From Neophaeotheca triangularis (taxonomy: Eukaryota), in contig BAAIJX010000006.1 in NCBI GenBank assembly GCA_054600435.1, positions 620,001 to 684,000 of the forward strand: DNA of 64,000 nucleotides. Direction: 5' to 3'. Numbering within the stretch: the first letter of the stretch is position 1; every line of letters starts with the position of its first letter. The position numbers were made by a program, and so were the translations under genes. This document shows, piece by piece, positions 10,757-22,489 of the stretch. Under the pieces are notes generated by a model. It saw only the letters and a list, made by a program, of their open reading frames with translations. It made no database searches and was not told where the DNA came from.

Positions 10757-11291
10757 ATGTCGCAATTCCGCTCCAAGAAGCTCGATCTGAGCTCGTTCAT
10801 CAACATTAAAGTCATCCGCGATCACACCAAGCGCAAAGTGTTCGAGGAGAACGAGCCTGAGAGGTATGACTTGCGCTACGCCACGTCCTCATAGTGACAT
10901 CGTGGAAACTGTATTCAAAACGGCGTGAGATGCAAGAGCGAAAGAAATGGTGGCTAACCATGATGTATTCTATACAGGCAAGCCCTCCGCTACATCATCC
11001 GCAACACCTCTCTTCCCCAGCGAACCCGTGCCCAAGCCCAGCTCCAACTCTCGCAAATGCACTGCTACACAAGGCCGACGCAAATAAGAAACAGATGTGT
11101 GGAGGGTGGTAAGGGAAGGGGTGTCTTCAGGGACTTCCGCATGGCGAGGGTAGGTCGTATACATGCGCTGAGGCTTGCGAGGCTTTTGGGTAGTGTACGT
11201 TCGAACATGAAGCTAATCTTCTATGCAGTACCAATTCCGAATAAACGCGCTGGCGGGTGCTATCCCTGGTGTCAGGAAGGCAAGCTGGTAG
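10757..11291 (+). CDS. MRP2: Mitochondrial ribosomal protein uS14m; exons 10757-10863, 10978-11149, 11229-11291
   Basis: Spliced product MSQFRSKK...IRNRCVEGGKGRGVFRDFRMAR|YQFRINALAGAIPGVRKASW carries the S14 signature. Both introns are GT-AG. Confidence 0.92.
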
Positions 11292-11847
11292 ACGAGGAGC
11301 CATGGACTGGCTGTAAGAGTATTTATGTACACATGTAAGACGGGGCGTAGGGGCGCGTTCCGGTAGATTGCAAAGAACTTTTCGTATTGCGAGGCAAAGC
11401 AACCCGGGAGTCACGAGGCGCAGGAAGCAAATTTATTCATATCTTGAAGACTCTAGAGGCTAATAGCTATACACCAATGGCATCGGCCACGGCAAGTGAA
11501 CATGATGGTCTGGTGAATTCCTGCCTGCACACTCTTCGTAGCTAACATGCTCGAGCTAGTATGACAATCCGTTTTTCAAAAGGTCAAAAGGGTTGTGTTT
11601 CTGACTCAATCCAAATTACCTTTCGCGTCACATGTCGGAGCCGTTTGAAGTCGTACCTTCCAAAAACGGCGTTGGCCACTTTGCTGCACATACCCGCTGC
11701 GACTTGTCACTTTTCTCACAAACCACCTGCATCAACCTCAAAGAATACCTCACACACTCCGTCTCTCTTCCTCTGCAATTTCCCGCCTTGCTCTTTCTTG
11801 CCACTTCTCTCTCACCGTTCAACTACCTACAGCAGGCACCCTCCATC

Positions 11848-13515
11848 ATGTTCCGACGTCTGGACACAAACCTTCCCAAGGATCCCTTCTACGCGGCCGA
11901 TCCAAAGGAGCTTGGCATCAAGGTCAACGAACAAGGCCAATTCATCGACGCCAACCGTGAAAAGGACGAGATCGCCGGTGACAGCTTCACGACTCTCTAC
12001 CATACGGACAATGAACGCGCCAATGAGGTGCGTCGTGAGGCGGTCCACGCTTGCGCTCGCGCCAAAGTCGCCACTGAATTGACTGCTTTGGGCATGACCA
12101 CCTTGCACGTCTCTGAGGAAGAGATGACGGCATCCAAACCCGATGGGGGCTTTCCCCATGTTGAAGTTCTGACTAGCCAGAACGCAGGCATGAAAAATAG
12201 GGTTGTTCTTATCGTGGGCGAGCACTCTCAGGATTTGGGTGTCTGGGCGTGGAGGTGGTTGATGCGTGAAGGAGGTATGGACGGCGGGAGTGCGGTGGGT
12301 TTGGTCAAGAATATGCAGGATGTTTACGGTGGCACAGTACGCGGCGGTATCCGGGGGGTCGTAAGCTGCCTGGGCGGACCCGTCCCGTGCAAAGACAGAA
12401 AGATCAACTGGCACATCACAGGCATCCACGAGAACGACAATGTGGGTATTTCTGGTACCAAAGACGATCTCCAAGCTGCTAGCGAAAATGCCTGCCCAGG
12501 TCTCATCATCTTCAACCCAGGCCAGCTAAACTACAGCCCAAGCCTCAACACCTCAATGAGTCATTCTACCTGGCTGGCTCGTCCAAAGCCCAATGCACTC
12601 TCAAATCCAGTCGCGATATCAGAAACCCACAACATCGTACCGGGTCATCGCAGCCCAGAAGAGCATGTGGCCACTATGTTCCAAAACTTCCTGCCCTTGC
12701 TGCTCGGCAACGATACTCAGCTCTACATTGTCGGTATCAGCGATGGCTCGGAGAACGTGTTGAAGGCGGTAGAGACCATCTCCAAAGCTGGCGGTGAGAA
12801 CGCCGATTATCTCCTGAAGAACCTCGTAGCCATGTGCCTCATCCAGCCCACGCACAACCCTCACCAAATCGAGAGCAAAGCTCTGCGCGAATTTCTTGCT
12901 ACGAGAGCAATTTCGTACGTCCTCGACCACCACCCCATGGGTTTCAAGCTGGGTGACGAGAATGGCCCGGTCAGCTCTTCAGTCGCGCCGAGCAAGATGT
13001 CTTCCGCTTCTCCTCGCGTGGAGCATCAGAGTGCTTTCCCCACCGTCGGCATTAATACCACCAATCGCCCCGAAAGTAACAGCGGCAGCTACACTGGCAA
13101 AGGAGAAGGCGGAGCCACCAACGAAGACATCCACCCAACCGACGACGAAAACACCACCCCTGCCCCTGACTACGATCACATCGACGACGAGCTGAACGTA
13201 CTAACCAATGGACAACTCTCTCTCGATCCCACGCCGTCCATCGACAATCCCGCCGAAAACAACTCGAGCGAGGAGTCCATCAATGGCAGCACCAGCAGCA
13301 GCACCGACAGCGAAGAGCACAGAATTTTCGCCGAGGACGAGGGGGATGAGGATATTGAAGAGATGCCGGATGCGTACGCGAATGTCGAGTTCTCGTGTCG
13401 GACTTTCAGCAGTGGCGTCGGGGATTTCACTGAGATGATTTGGCCGGCGGTTCAAAGGGACGTGTTGCTGTGGTTTAAGGAGATGGGGGAGGTTGCTAGC
13501 GGGGAGTGTATTTGA
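11848..13515 (+). CDS. Arb2-domain (Argonaute chaperone complex/FAM172-like) protein
   Basis: N-terminus MFRR...LPKDP.Y.AD.KELG...N..GQ, then DLGVWAWR..., GSA and IFNPGQL, which are typical of fungal Arb2-like proteins. Acidic tail. Confidence 0.7.
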   Translation: MFRRLDTNLPKDPFYAADPKELGIKVNEQGQFIDANREKDEIAGDSFTTLYHTDNERANEVRREAVHACARAKVATELTALGMTTLHVSEEEMTASKPDGGFPHVEVLTSQNAGMKNRVVLIVGEHSQDLGVWAWRWLMREGGMDGGSAVGLVKNMQDVYGGTVRGGIRGVVSCLGGPVPCKDRKINWHITGIHENDNVGISGTKDDLQAASENACPGLIIFNPGQLNYSPSLNTSMSHSTWLARPKPNALSNPVAISETHNIVPGHRSPEEHVATMFQNFLPLLLGNDTQLYIVGISDGSENVLKAVETISKAGGENADYLLKNLVAMCLIQPTHNPHQIESKALREFLATRAISYVLDHHPMGFKLGDENGPVSSSVAPSKMSSASPRVEHQSAFPTVGINTTNRPESNSGSYTGKGEGGATNEDIHPTDDENTTPAPDYDHIDDELNVLTNGQLSLDPTPSIDNPAENNSSEESINGSTSSSTDSEEHRIFAEDEGDEDIEEMPDAYANVEFSCRTFSSGVGDFTEMIWPAVQRDVLLWFKEMGEVASGECI

Positions 13516-13847
13516 TGGCGGCGGAAGCAGCGTAGTCGCTCGTACGGTCCCTCGGTCGGGGAGAGACGAGACTGAGAAGGTTTCACTTCAAGAATTCAAG
13601 AGGGTGATTGGATACTACTCTCGAGTCGGTGGTGTACCCTCAACAGATTACTGCCGAGAAGCATGCTGAGGACTAGGCAGTCCTCCTACGCCAGAGTAAT
13701 ATCAAGCGTTCGGCGAGAACAACAATCAGTTTCGAAACTCAGATATGTTCTACAGAAATGTCCAGAAGGTCTATAGTCCCTTCGAAAACAACTCCATTTC
13801 CCAGACATCAAATACTCGCCAACACAAGCCATGCAACATTCGCGGCT

Positions 13848-15548
13848 CTACTCCCTATTTACATCATCAACAACCGGCACATCGCCCTTCAGACTCTGCT
13901 GCACCATGTTGCACTTGCCAATCACCGTCTGCATGATAGCATAATTCACCACACACTTAATCCCCAGTTCCTCACCTCTCCTCACAATATACCCATTAAT
14001 AAAATCCACCTCGGTCTTTCTCCCCTGCCGTACATCCGCCAACATGGAACTGACATTATCCCTCGTCTGGTTGGCGACACTGACAACGAGCGTCTCCAAG
14101 CGTTCCGGCGAGAAGCGCAGACTGACGTTCGGGATACCGCGGAGTTCGGGCAGGCTGCGGATTACGAGAGAGGTTTCGGCGAGCATTAGCCGCATCGTGC
14201 GGGTCAGTGCGAAATTGTAGAGGATGCTGCCGTTGCGGGCGTCGAGGAGCACAGTCAATGGGTTTAGGATGCTGTTGACAGCGAGCTTTTCGAGTTGCAG
14301 TTGCAGGAGTTCCGGGGTCGTGAAGCCTACGCCGCAGAGGACGGGGGTGCGGGTTAGAGTGCGTAAGAGATAGCGGGCCGAGGGAGCCCAGTGGTCTTTG
14401 CGCTCGGATGGCTTGTCCGTTGAAGGTTGGGACAAGGCTTCTGTGGCATCACGAGGCAGGACGCCCAAGGCAATGGTGCCGTGGCCGGCATGGATGGCGT
14501 AGAAGGGGTCGTTGGCTTCAGACGGTGTATTGACTCCGTGGGTAATAATGCCTTGGATGTAAGTTGGCCGTGTCTCGGGATCCGGGAACACTTCTCTGCT
14601 CACATCATCACGAATGCCCATGCCGTTTTGGAGGAAGCAGATGGTGCTGTCTTTGGTCAAACGGTGTCGGACGCTGGCCAAGGCGGGAATTGTACGCGAG
14701 GCTTTTGTCGTGATGATCAAGTTGTGAATGGGAGCATCAGAAACGGCGTATGCGCCGTCATGAGGCCTTTCTTTACGAGCTGATTCGGTTTCATCGGTAG
14801 GCAAAGGTTCTACTTCGGAAAGGGCGTCCCCTTGTGCGGCGCTCTCCCGCTGCTGCTGTTCCGAGAGACTTCTTGCAGCTTCGTGTGGTCTCATTTCTTC
14901 TCCATAGTCGTAGACACTCGGAGTATTATCCTCAAGCTCCACACCATGCTCTCTGCGCTTGGGTAACGATAGCTCAACGTCAAAGCCTTCCCTCGCTACA
15001 TCGTAATCGCCTTCTCGAATGGTGATTGTCTTCTTACTTTCTTCCCACGCCTGCAATAGCTTATAACGGTGGAATATAAGTGATAGTGGTGGCGGACTGG
15101 CTACGCCTCTTAGAGCGTGAGCAACCAATTTTCCGATAGAGCCCGTCCCTAGAATGTGAACACGCCGGTCTGCCGGAATTTGCGTAGCGTACTGTCGGTC
15201 CATGGTCGAAAGCGCACGCTTAAAGTCTTCCGGCGAACCGTTTGCATCCTCCTCGCTCCCCCTGAGCACCTCCTCACCTTCGTTGGCCGTCTCATCTCCT
15301 CCCACCAACAGCTCCGCTCCTTCTCCCCCCGATCCAGCGGATTCTTTTGCAGAAGATGATGCCGCCTCCATACTAACACTCTTGCTCTCACCGGTCCACC
15401 AAGAATAACAATGCCCCTTTTGATACGCAGCTGGTACTGCTACAAAGGCCCCCCGGCCCACGCCAATGCTACCGAGGATGCATGCTCCGCTTCTGTGCGG
15501 TATCCGGCGGGGAAGGTGGTGGAGCAATGTGAGAGGCAGGATGGCCGT
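13848..15548 (-). CDS. 2-dehydropantoate 2-reductase (ketopantoate reductase, PanE/Pan5 family)
   Basis: Motifs HILGTGSIG, LQNGMG, EKLAVNSILNPLT and NVSSMLADVRQGRKTEVDFINGY. First in-frame ATG is at 15371; the true start is uncertain. Confidence 0.88.
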   Translation of the reverse strand, partial: TAILPLTLLHHLPRRIPHRSGACILGSIGVGRGAFVAVPAAYQKGHCYSWWTGESKSVSMEAASSSAKESAGSGGEGAELLVGGDETANEGEEVLRGSEEDANGSPEDFKRALSTMDRQYATQIPADRRVHILGTGSIGKLVAHALRGVASPPPLSLIFHRYKLLQAWEESKKTITIREGDYDVAREGFDVELSLPKRREHGVELEDNTPSVYDYGEEMRPHEAARSLSEQQQRESAAQGDALSEVEPLPTDETESARKERPHDGAYAVSDAPIHNLIITTKASRTIPALASVRHRLTKDSTICFLQNGMGIRDDVSREVFPDPETRPTYIQGIITHGVNTPSEANDPFYAIHAGHGTIALGVLPRDATEALSQPSTDKPSERKDHWAPSARYLLRTLTRTPVLCGVGFTTPELLQLQLEKLAVNSILNPLTVLLDARNGSILYNFALTRTMRLMLAETSLVIRSLPELRGIPNVSLRFSPERLETLVVSVANQTRDNVSSMLADVRQGRKTEVDFINGYIVRRGEELGIKCVVNYAIMQTVIGKCNMVQQSLKGDVPVVDDVNRE

Positions 15549-15887
15549 TTTGCTATGATTTCAACATAGCATTAATTTCAAGGAAGATAAAGGGCGCGCT
15601 CGTCGAAAGGAGACGTTGTCGGAGTGGAGTGATTTGTGTCGATAGCTGGCAGTAGCCACAAATGTAAGGATATCGCTGGCGTCATGAGACGAAGACTGGA
15701 AGCTCGGTGGACATCTCCCTTCGCCGCAGCTCAGGTGGTGCGCTCGAGCTGTGATTGGGTACAGTACATCTCGCACTATTGATGGGACGTATCTCCCGGC
15801 GTAAACGACTCTCTACAGCTTTCGTCCTAAACACTTACACGACTGTCCCTACACCAATACGGGGCATCATAGTCCCATTCCTGCGAC

Positions 15888-16733
15888 ATGAAACCCACAA
15901 CGTATACACTCCCCACCTACACCTTCCGCCAGATCCTCGCCCTACCCACCCCTCTCCGCGTCCGCACTTTCAGCGTTCTCAATCGTCCCCCTCCAAACTA
16001 CCCGGGCCATGTCCCGCTCACCTTGATCGAACGAGGCGCCCTAGCCGTCGGCTCCGCCTTCGGTTCTTTAATAAACCCTTACCGTCACGATCTCATAGCG
16101 TCCCTGGGCGAAACAACAGCCAAGCCCTACTTCGTATCCCGCCTCCGACGAGCCATGCTCGCGAACCCCACCGGCCGCCGCATTCTCCGGGATAAACCGC
16201 GCATTACTTCCAAAACGATGTCTCTAGAGTACCTCCGCACGCTACCCGACAACACGGTGGGCAGAGCGTACGCCGCATGGCTGGACCGTGAAGGCGTGAC
16301 GCCCGACACGCGCGACGCGGTCAAGTACCTCGACGACCCGGAGGAGGCCTACGTGATGCAGCGGTATCGAGAGACGCACGATTTCACGCACGCGATCACG
16401 GGCTTGCCCGTCATCATCGAGGGCGAGTTGGCGGTCAAGGCGTTTGAGTTTGCGAATACCGTGTTGCCGATGACGGGGCTGAGTTTGGCGGCGGTTGTGC
16501 GGCTGGGGCCGACGCAGAGGAAGCGGTTTTTCGAGGTTTACATGCCGTGGGCGTTGGCGAATGGGCTGAAAGCGGAGGAGGTCATGAATGTCTATTGGGA
16601 GGAGGAGCTGGAGACGGATGTAGATGATTTGAGGAGTAGGATGGGGATCGAGGTGCCGCCGGATTTGAGGGAGATGAGGTCAAAACTGAGGGAGGAGAAG
16701 AGGAAGGCTAGGGAAGCGGCTAAAGCTGCGTAA
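15888..16733 (+). CDS. COQ4: Ubiquinone biosynthesis protein COQ4
   Basis: Motifs [20 protein letters not shown] and [14 protein letters not shown]...EGE.AVK.FE (HDxxH-x11-E). Confidence 0.95.
   Translation: MKPTTYTLPTYTFRQILALPTPLRVRTFSVLNRPPPNYPGHVPLTLIERGALAVGSAFGSLINPYRHDLIASLGETTAKPYFVSRLRRAMLANPTGRRILRDKPRITSKTMSLEYLRTLPDNTVGRAYAAWLDREGVTPDTRDAVKYLDDPEEAYVMQRYRETHDFTHAITGLPVIIEGELAVKAFEFANTVLPMTGLSLAAVVRLGPTQRKRFFEVYMPWALANGLKAEEVMNVYWEEELETDVDDLRSRMGIEVPPDLREMRSKLREEKRKAREAAKAA

Positions 16734-16738
<5 letters not shown>

Positions 16739-16778
<40 letters not shown>
16739..16778. repeat. (CT)n(AT)n microsatellite
   Basis: Seen directly in the convergent COQ4/SPC19 3' region. Confidence 0.9.
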
Positions 16779-16866
16779 CATAATTGTAATTTGGGTATCA
16801 TCGCGAACCGGCCGTCCAAACTCCCGCAATATATCTATCATCCCGTGGCAAAGCTTGGCCCAAATC

Positions 16867-17455
16867 TCATTGAAAGGCCATACTCTTCCTCAACTGCCTG
16901 CTCCGCTGCCCAGCCTGCAACTCCAACCTCCCAACCGCATACGCCAACCTCTCCTTCTTCTGCCGCAAATTCGCCAGCCTCGTCTCCTCCAGTTGACTGA
17001 GGCTATCCCCCTCCTCCCCACCAGCACTCGCTTCCCGTTCCTGCTGCATGGACCCCCTCCTTCCCAATCTTCCCTCTTGTAAATCACATTTGGCGATCAA
17101 GCCCTGCTCCTTGCGCGCCAACTTATCCAAATAAACATCCACCCGCTCAAGAAGAGTGGAGATTTCCGGTTGTATTTCCCCCAACAGGGTTGATTGTGCT
17201 TGCTGGAGCGCGGGCTCGGAAACGAGTTCAAAATGCTGGCGTGGGAGTGTCAGTGAAGCTGTATAGACTTTTTGTATAGTCGCGAGAGTTAGTGAGGCTT
17301 CTTACCCGAGTAGTCTGCAGCACTTTGCTCAGACGTGGGTAGTCGCTAACGCCCGCGTCGAGGATGTGGATCGAGGAGTCGAGCAGTTGCATGCTGCTGT
17401 GGAGGGAGGAGACGCAGCCGGAGAGCGCATTACTTTGCGAGGAACTGTGGTTCAT
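16867..17455 (-). CDS. SPC19: DASH/Dam1 complex subunit Spc19; intron 17236-17305
   Basis: L..CVSSL..S..LL.SSI.ILD.GV.D.PRL.KVL.TTR|HFELVSE and a C-terminal KKERL.Y.V.RLEL. Confidence 0.9.
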
Positions 17456-18745
17456 CGTTGCGCTTTGATTTGAGTGTGCGGTCGTTCGATCGCACCAAGT
17501 ATGGCAGCTTAAGTACACATGATGTGAATAAGTAGGTAGTGGAGGTGGAATTGGGAGACGCGATGTTTGGGCAGTGACGCGGGGTCACAACTCGGATGTC
17601 AACTCCAACTCTAACCCGGTCTTGAACATACCTTGACAAAGAAGACCACATTGGAACTACCTTGCTGTACTAAGCAGTCCCGTAAAGAAGCTAACGGCGA
17701 TGGATAAAACCGGTCCCGGTATCATCGTATATCTTTGGAAGTGTTCGTCTTTACAATTTACAATAAGTAAGGCAGGTTGAGAACATCTTAAGAATGGTCA
17801 CAGCTGGAGGTACTTTTGGGCTTCTTTCCCACCTCTACACTCTTTCAATAACATCCAATTGTCCTCGGTCCTTAAAGCTGGACTGTCGTGGGCGCCAACG
17901 AAGGTTTGTTCGGAGTATCGTCTCCAGTACAATTGTGGTGCTGGTCTACGATGGCCTGGCTTATTGGGGATGAATTGGTCGCCGAGAGAGAAGCCTGGTA
18001 CCTACAGTACATGGATATTGCTCTCAACCGACAACATTGGCTACACTAGATACCTAGGTACATATGCACAAAACATACGCCGGAATTGACATAAGTTTTG
18101 CTTGCAAGGACATCCGTTCAATGCCTATAGCAGAGAGAATGCCTCAGTGGCCCCTGGTGCCACCAGTAATGTGCGTTGTACCCGACATAAGATCAGAATC
18201 CTTGATTATAAGTGAAGACAGTAGCAAGGTGGGATCGATCAACTGAACGCTATCTGATCCAGCGAGGCGATGCGATGATGGTAGAATGGTCGATGAAAGT
18301 CCATGTTCTAACTACTACAACTCACACCTGAACGGTGAACCTTGGAAGCCAACGCCAAGCCGGATATACATAGGGCTGACGACGTTTTGATAGGGCTGAG
18401 GCCTTCCAAGCTTCTTGACGGACGACATCCAAGACTCCACTGCTCGCCAAAAGAGCACGACTAAGATTCCGTGGACAAACCGGTCCGCTGCAGGGAGACG
18501 CGGTCGCGACTAGGCGCGCGCAATCATGCCGAGCCGAGAGCAAACCTGAACCCCCTTCCACCGTCCACGTCAGAGGGTAAGCAATAGTAATAACATTCAC
18601 TTTGCTTTCGTTTCCCTGTCAAGCAAAGGCCGAGTCCTACCTAACTACTTACTCCCCACACCTACCCCCCTCCCTCCTCCCCTTATCTTTCCACCTTTCT
18701 TACTTCATCACGGCTACTTCCTACCAAGACCCCGCCCTAGAGGCA

Positions 18746-21334
18746 ATGACTTTGTCCGGAGAGGTCAGCGGCACCGGGGATCTCCTTCAAGAGGAGAATG
18801 TGGAGATAGATTGGGTCTTGGTCTACGACTTCTCTGATCTCGGTATATCCGGACCCTATCAGGTCAAACCTCCCTTGGAGGCTATCACTCACTGACCCCT
18901 GCCATAAGATCTCGCGACTGCTACCAAAGACTTTCGCACGCTCATCTTCGACCTCGAGAACCACGGCCTCCAAGCTCAAGTCCGGCATGGTGACGGAGCT
19001 AGCGTTCTCGTCCTTATCCGAGTGCCACGCAACCTGCTGGGCAACGAAGTCTACCGATCACGGGTCAAAGACTGGCTCTTTGGCCTCACACACGCCAGAC
19101 CGCTAGGAGATGCCTCGACGGTAATAGAAGCGGACACAGCTACCGAAGCACTACGTTCTGTCTATCACCTGGTCACCTGGACGCATGAGCAAGGAGGTGC
19201 AGGAATCACAGCTGGGTTAGGACAATGGGACAAGATCACTGCATCTTTTGCTCCCCATTCGCCAGTAGAGAATGCAGCGCTCCTTCGGAGACTGGCTGGG
19301 AAGGCCATCTTGAGCTCCACGGACATTGACGAAATCAGAGCGCAATTCGGAGAAAGGGTGGCCTTCTACTACGCCTTCATCCAGTCGTATTCCTTGTTCC
19401 TGGCTCTACCGGCCGCTCTAGGATTTTGTGCCTGGAGTTTCTTCAAGGCTTACAGTAGCTTCTTCGCTACAGCAATCAGCATCTGGAGCATAGTCTTCGT
19501 GGGGTACTGGCGGCGTCAAGAGACTGATTTCGCAATCAGGTGGGATGTCAAAGGAGTGGGCGCGTTGAAGGTCAACAGGCCCCAATATGTGTGGGATGAG
19601 GAGATTACAGACCCTACCACGGGCGAGAAGCAAAAGCGGTTTTCGGCAGTCAAACGATTGCGAAGGCAGTTGTTGTTCCTTCCATTCGCTGCACTCGCCG
19701 GGATTGCACTAGGGACGATGCTCATTGGAACTTTTGCATTGGAAGCTTGGATGAACGACATCTACAGTGGTGGACTTAAAGAACACTGGATAGGCGGAAA
19801 GGCATGCCATTCCACCTTTGCGACGAAGCTTCCGACGGCTAACAATGCGTGATAGGTCTTCCAATTCTTACCCACGATCCTCCTCTCCCTCTCTTTACCC
19901 TTCATCACATCCTTTGTCGAGGACCTGGCTACCAAGCTGTCCGATCACGAAAATCACCGGACTGCCGATGAGTACGAGCTTGCACAGGTGCAAAAGTCGT
20001 TTGTGCTCAATTTCGTGTCGTCCTTCTTACCAATCATTCTGACTGCTTACGTTTACGTACCCTTTGGAGAGGAACTCATGCCCAAGCTTCTCGAGTTAAT
20101 ACTACCCGCGAGCTGGCTTACAAACATCCACATCACTGGAACGGCCGAGGCTAGTATAGCTGCGGTCCATCCCGAGGCATCTCGGTTGAAAGAGGAGGTC
20201 ATCTACCTGTCCATGACAGCGCAACTCATGAACTTTGGCGAGGAAATCGTGGTTCCCTACATCCAACGCCAGGCTCGTTCAATCTACCGTCGCTGGAAGT
20301 TGCATCGGTCGGAGGGCTACTCCAGCCCCAACGACGCCAATCAAGAGGCCAGGACGCTGCTGCACGACAAGCCACATGAGAAGCGACTGATGACGCGCCT
20401 ACGCGCCGAGGCAGACATGGAGCCTTACGATGTCCAAGGCGATATCATGGAAATGGTGATTCAGTTTGGCAACTTGACGCTCTTCTCTCCAGTCTGGCCA
20501 TTGATGCCTTTGGGATTCCTCATCAACAACTGGGTCGAGCTGCGAGGCGATTTCTGGAAACTCGTGTACGAAAGTCAACGCCCTCCACCAAAACGCAGCC
20601 AGGGCATTGGATCCTGTCTCGGAGCACTGGAGTTCTTGACCTGGATTGGCGCATTGAGTTCTGCCGCCTTGGTCTACATTTACCGCGGCGTTTCTGAAGA
20701 CGAAGAGATCGATGCTACTAAGATCGGTCTAGGCGGCCTGCTCCTTAGCGTCTTCCTCGCCGAGCAAGCTTTTCTGGCTTCGCGTTTCCTTGTCAGTTAC
20801 ATCTTCGACAAGATCGGTTCGGAGACTTTGCGTGATCACGAAAACCGACGGTATGTGATGCGCAAGAAGTTTTTGGAGACCTTTTCGGAAGAGGCAGCTG
20901 GCACCACGAAGCGGACTCGCAAAAAGACGTACGCCGGCGAGCGCTTTAACGGACGCCTGAGCGCTGCAAACTCGCCCATGGCTTCGCCGGCAATAGGTGC
21001 AGCACCCTCGCCCTTGCCGGAGAGCGGGTCGCAGAAGTCTCTACAATTGCAACCGCCTTCGCAGGACAATTCCGGTCTCTCGCCGTTCCCCACGCTCGCG
21101 TCGTTAGACACGACTGGCGCCTCGGCTGCTATCGACGAACCACAACAGGTGGAGAGGCAATACAAGACCGAAGCCGCCGAGCAATTTTGGGAGCGGCCCG
21201 AGGGCGAAATGTCTACAACGGATCAAGGCGTGCAACTGATCGGCGCCTTGAAGCAACTTCACAAGCGCAAGCATGAGGCTTTGGAAGCGGAGAAACACCA
21301 CGAAGAGGAAGGGGAGAAGGCCAAGTGGACGTGA
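18746..21334 (+). CDS. TMEM16/anoctamin family Ca2+-activated scramblase/channel (Ist2-like); introns about 18842-18909 and 19802-19855 (GC-AG)
   Basis: Motifs YRSRVKDWL, IRAQFGERVAFYYAF, ENHRT, EMVIQFG, LFSPVWPL and INNWVELRGDFWK. Confidence 0.9.
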
Positions 21335-22489
21335 TCACTCTCTTCCTTTCCTTGCTGACGCTTTTCCCGGTGATCAAAGCTAGTGTATTAAGACGCTCAA
21401 TTTCTTTCTCACTTGATTGACTCCATGATGAAGCAAAAAGCGACATCCATAACTCCGGCCACCAGTACCTTGTACACCCACGGCACCGCCGTTGCCACCT
21501 CTTATCCTCCGAAGAAGTGACAAGCGGACCACTACTTCCAATCCCACCGTTCCTACAGGCTATTCTTACCAGCAAGGAGCTGATGTAGAAGGTGAAGTAT
21601 CGCGCTGCTGCGCTCTCAACTAAGGTGATGCAGAGAACTTATGCCCTCCCCCGCTTTTTGTCTAGTCAAGTACATTTAGTTGAACATTAGCTCCCTCAGC
21701 AATTCACAGATAATCCTACTTACTACTTAGGCATCATCCATCAAGCAAAGAACAATGCCGCCTGCTCATTGACTATCAAACGATCCAAACGAGACGCACA
21801 AAGGCGAAGAAGCCGTGGGTATTTCTCTCACTGCAGTCCAGCTTCCAGCATGCGAGAACTACCCCCAGTCTGGCAACAGCGACTCGATGTGATATCGGAA
21901 GAGCTCACATCCTTGGGTGTCGTTGTGCTTGCTATCTATGAGACTAGGGAACGAGTTTCGCGTTTTATAACGGCCGGCCGGCATATTGACACTACCTAGG
22001 CATACCCACAGACATCAAGTGCTCACACACAGGAGCGATTGGTCTCTGCCTCCAGGACAGGCTCGATGGCTTTTGCAAAGCCATTGTAGAGGGAGAGAGC
22101 ATGGACCCTCTGAATATTCATTCTATAGATAGCCGTGGAGTCGTCGAAATCGCTCATGACGGTGGGGTGGCATAGACGTCGGAACAACATCCTCCTCAAC
22201 TCTGTCTGAGCAGCCCTGGCGATGTGCACATCCTCGCCTTATGCCCCAATACCTTGCTGAGAACAATAAAGGAAATAACTTTGTAGTACGTCCACGTTCA
22301 AGTAATTCAAGCTAGAATCTGATTATGAAAGTGGAGAAACGGAATACATAGCTCTATGCCACATCGTAAAGCACGACACGCCTCAGCGCCTATCTAACAC
22401 AGCCCAAACCCAAGCAATGCGCCCGCAAACCATATGTAACACCAGCAAGCTTGCTGTCAATAGAGAGAAAATCAAAAACATTGCTTCGC

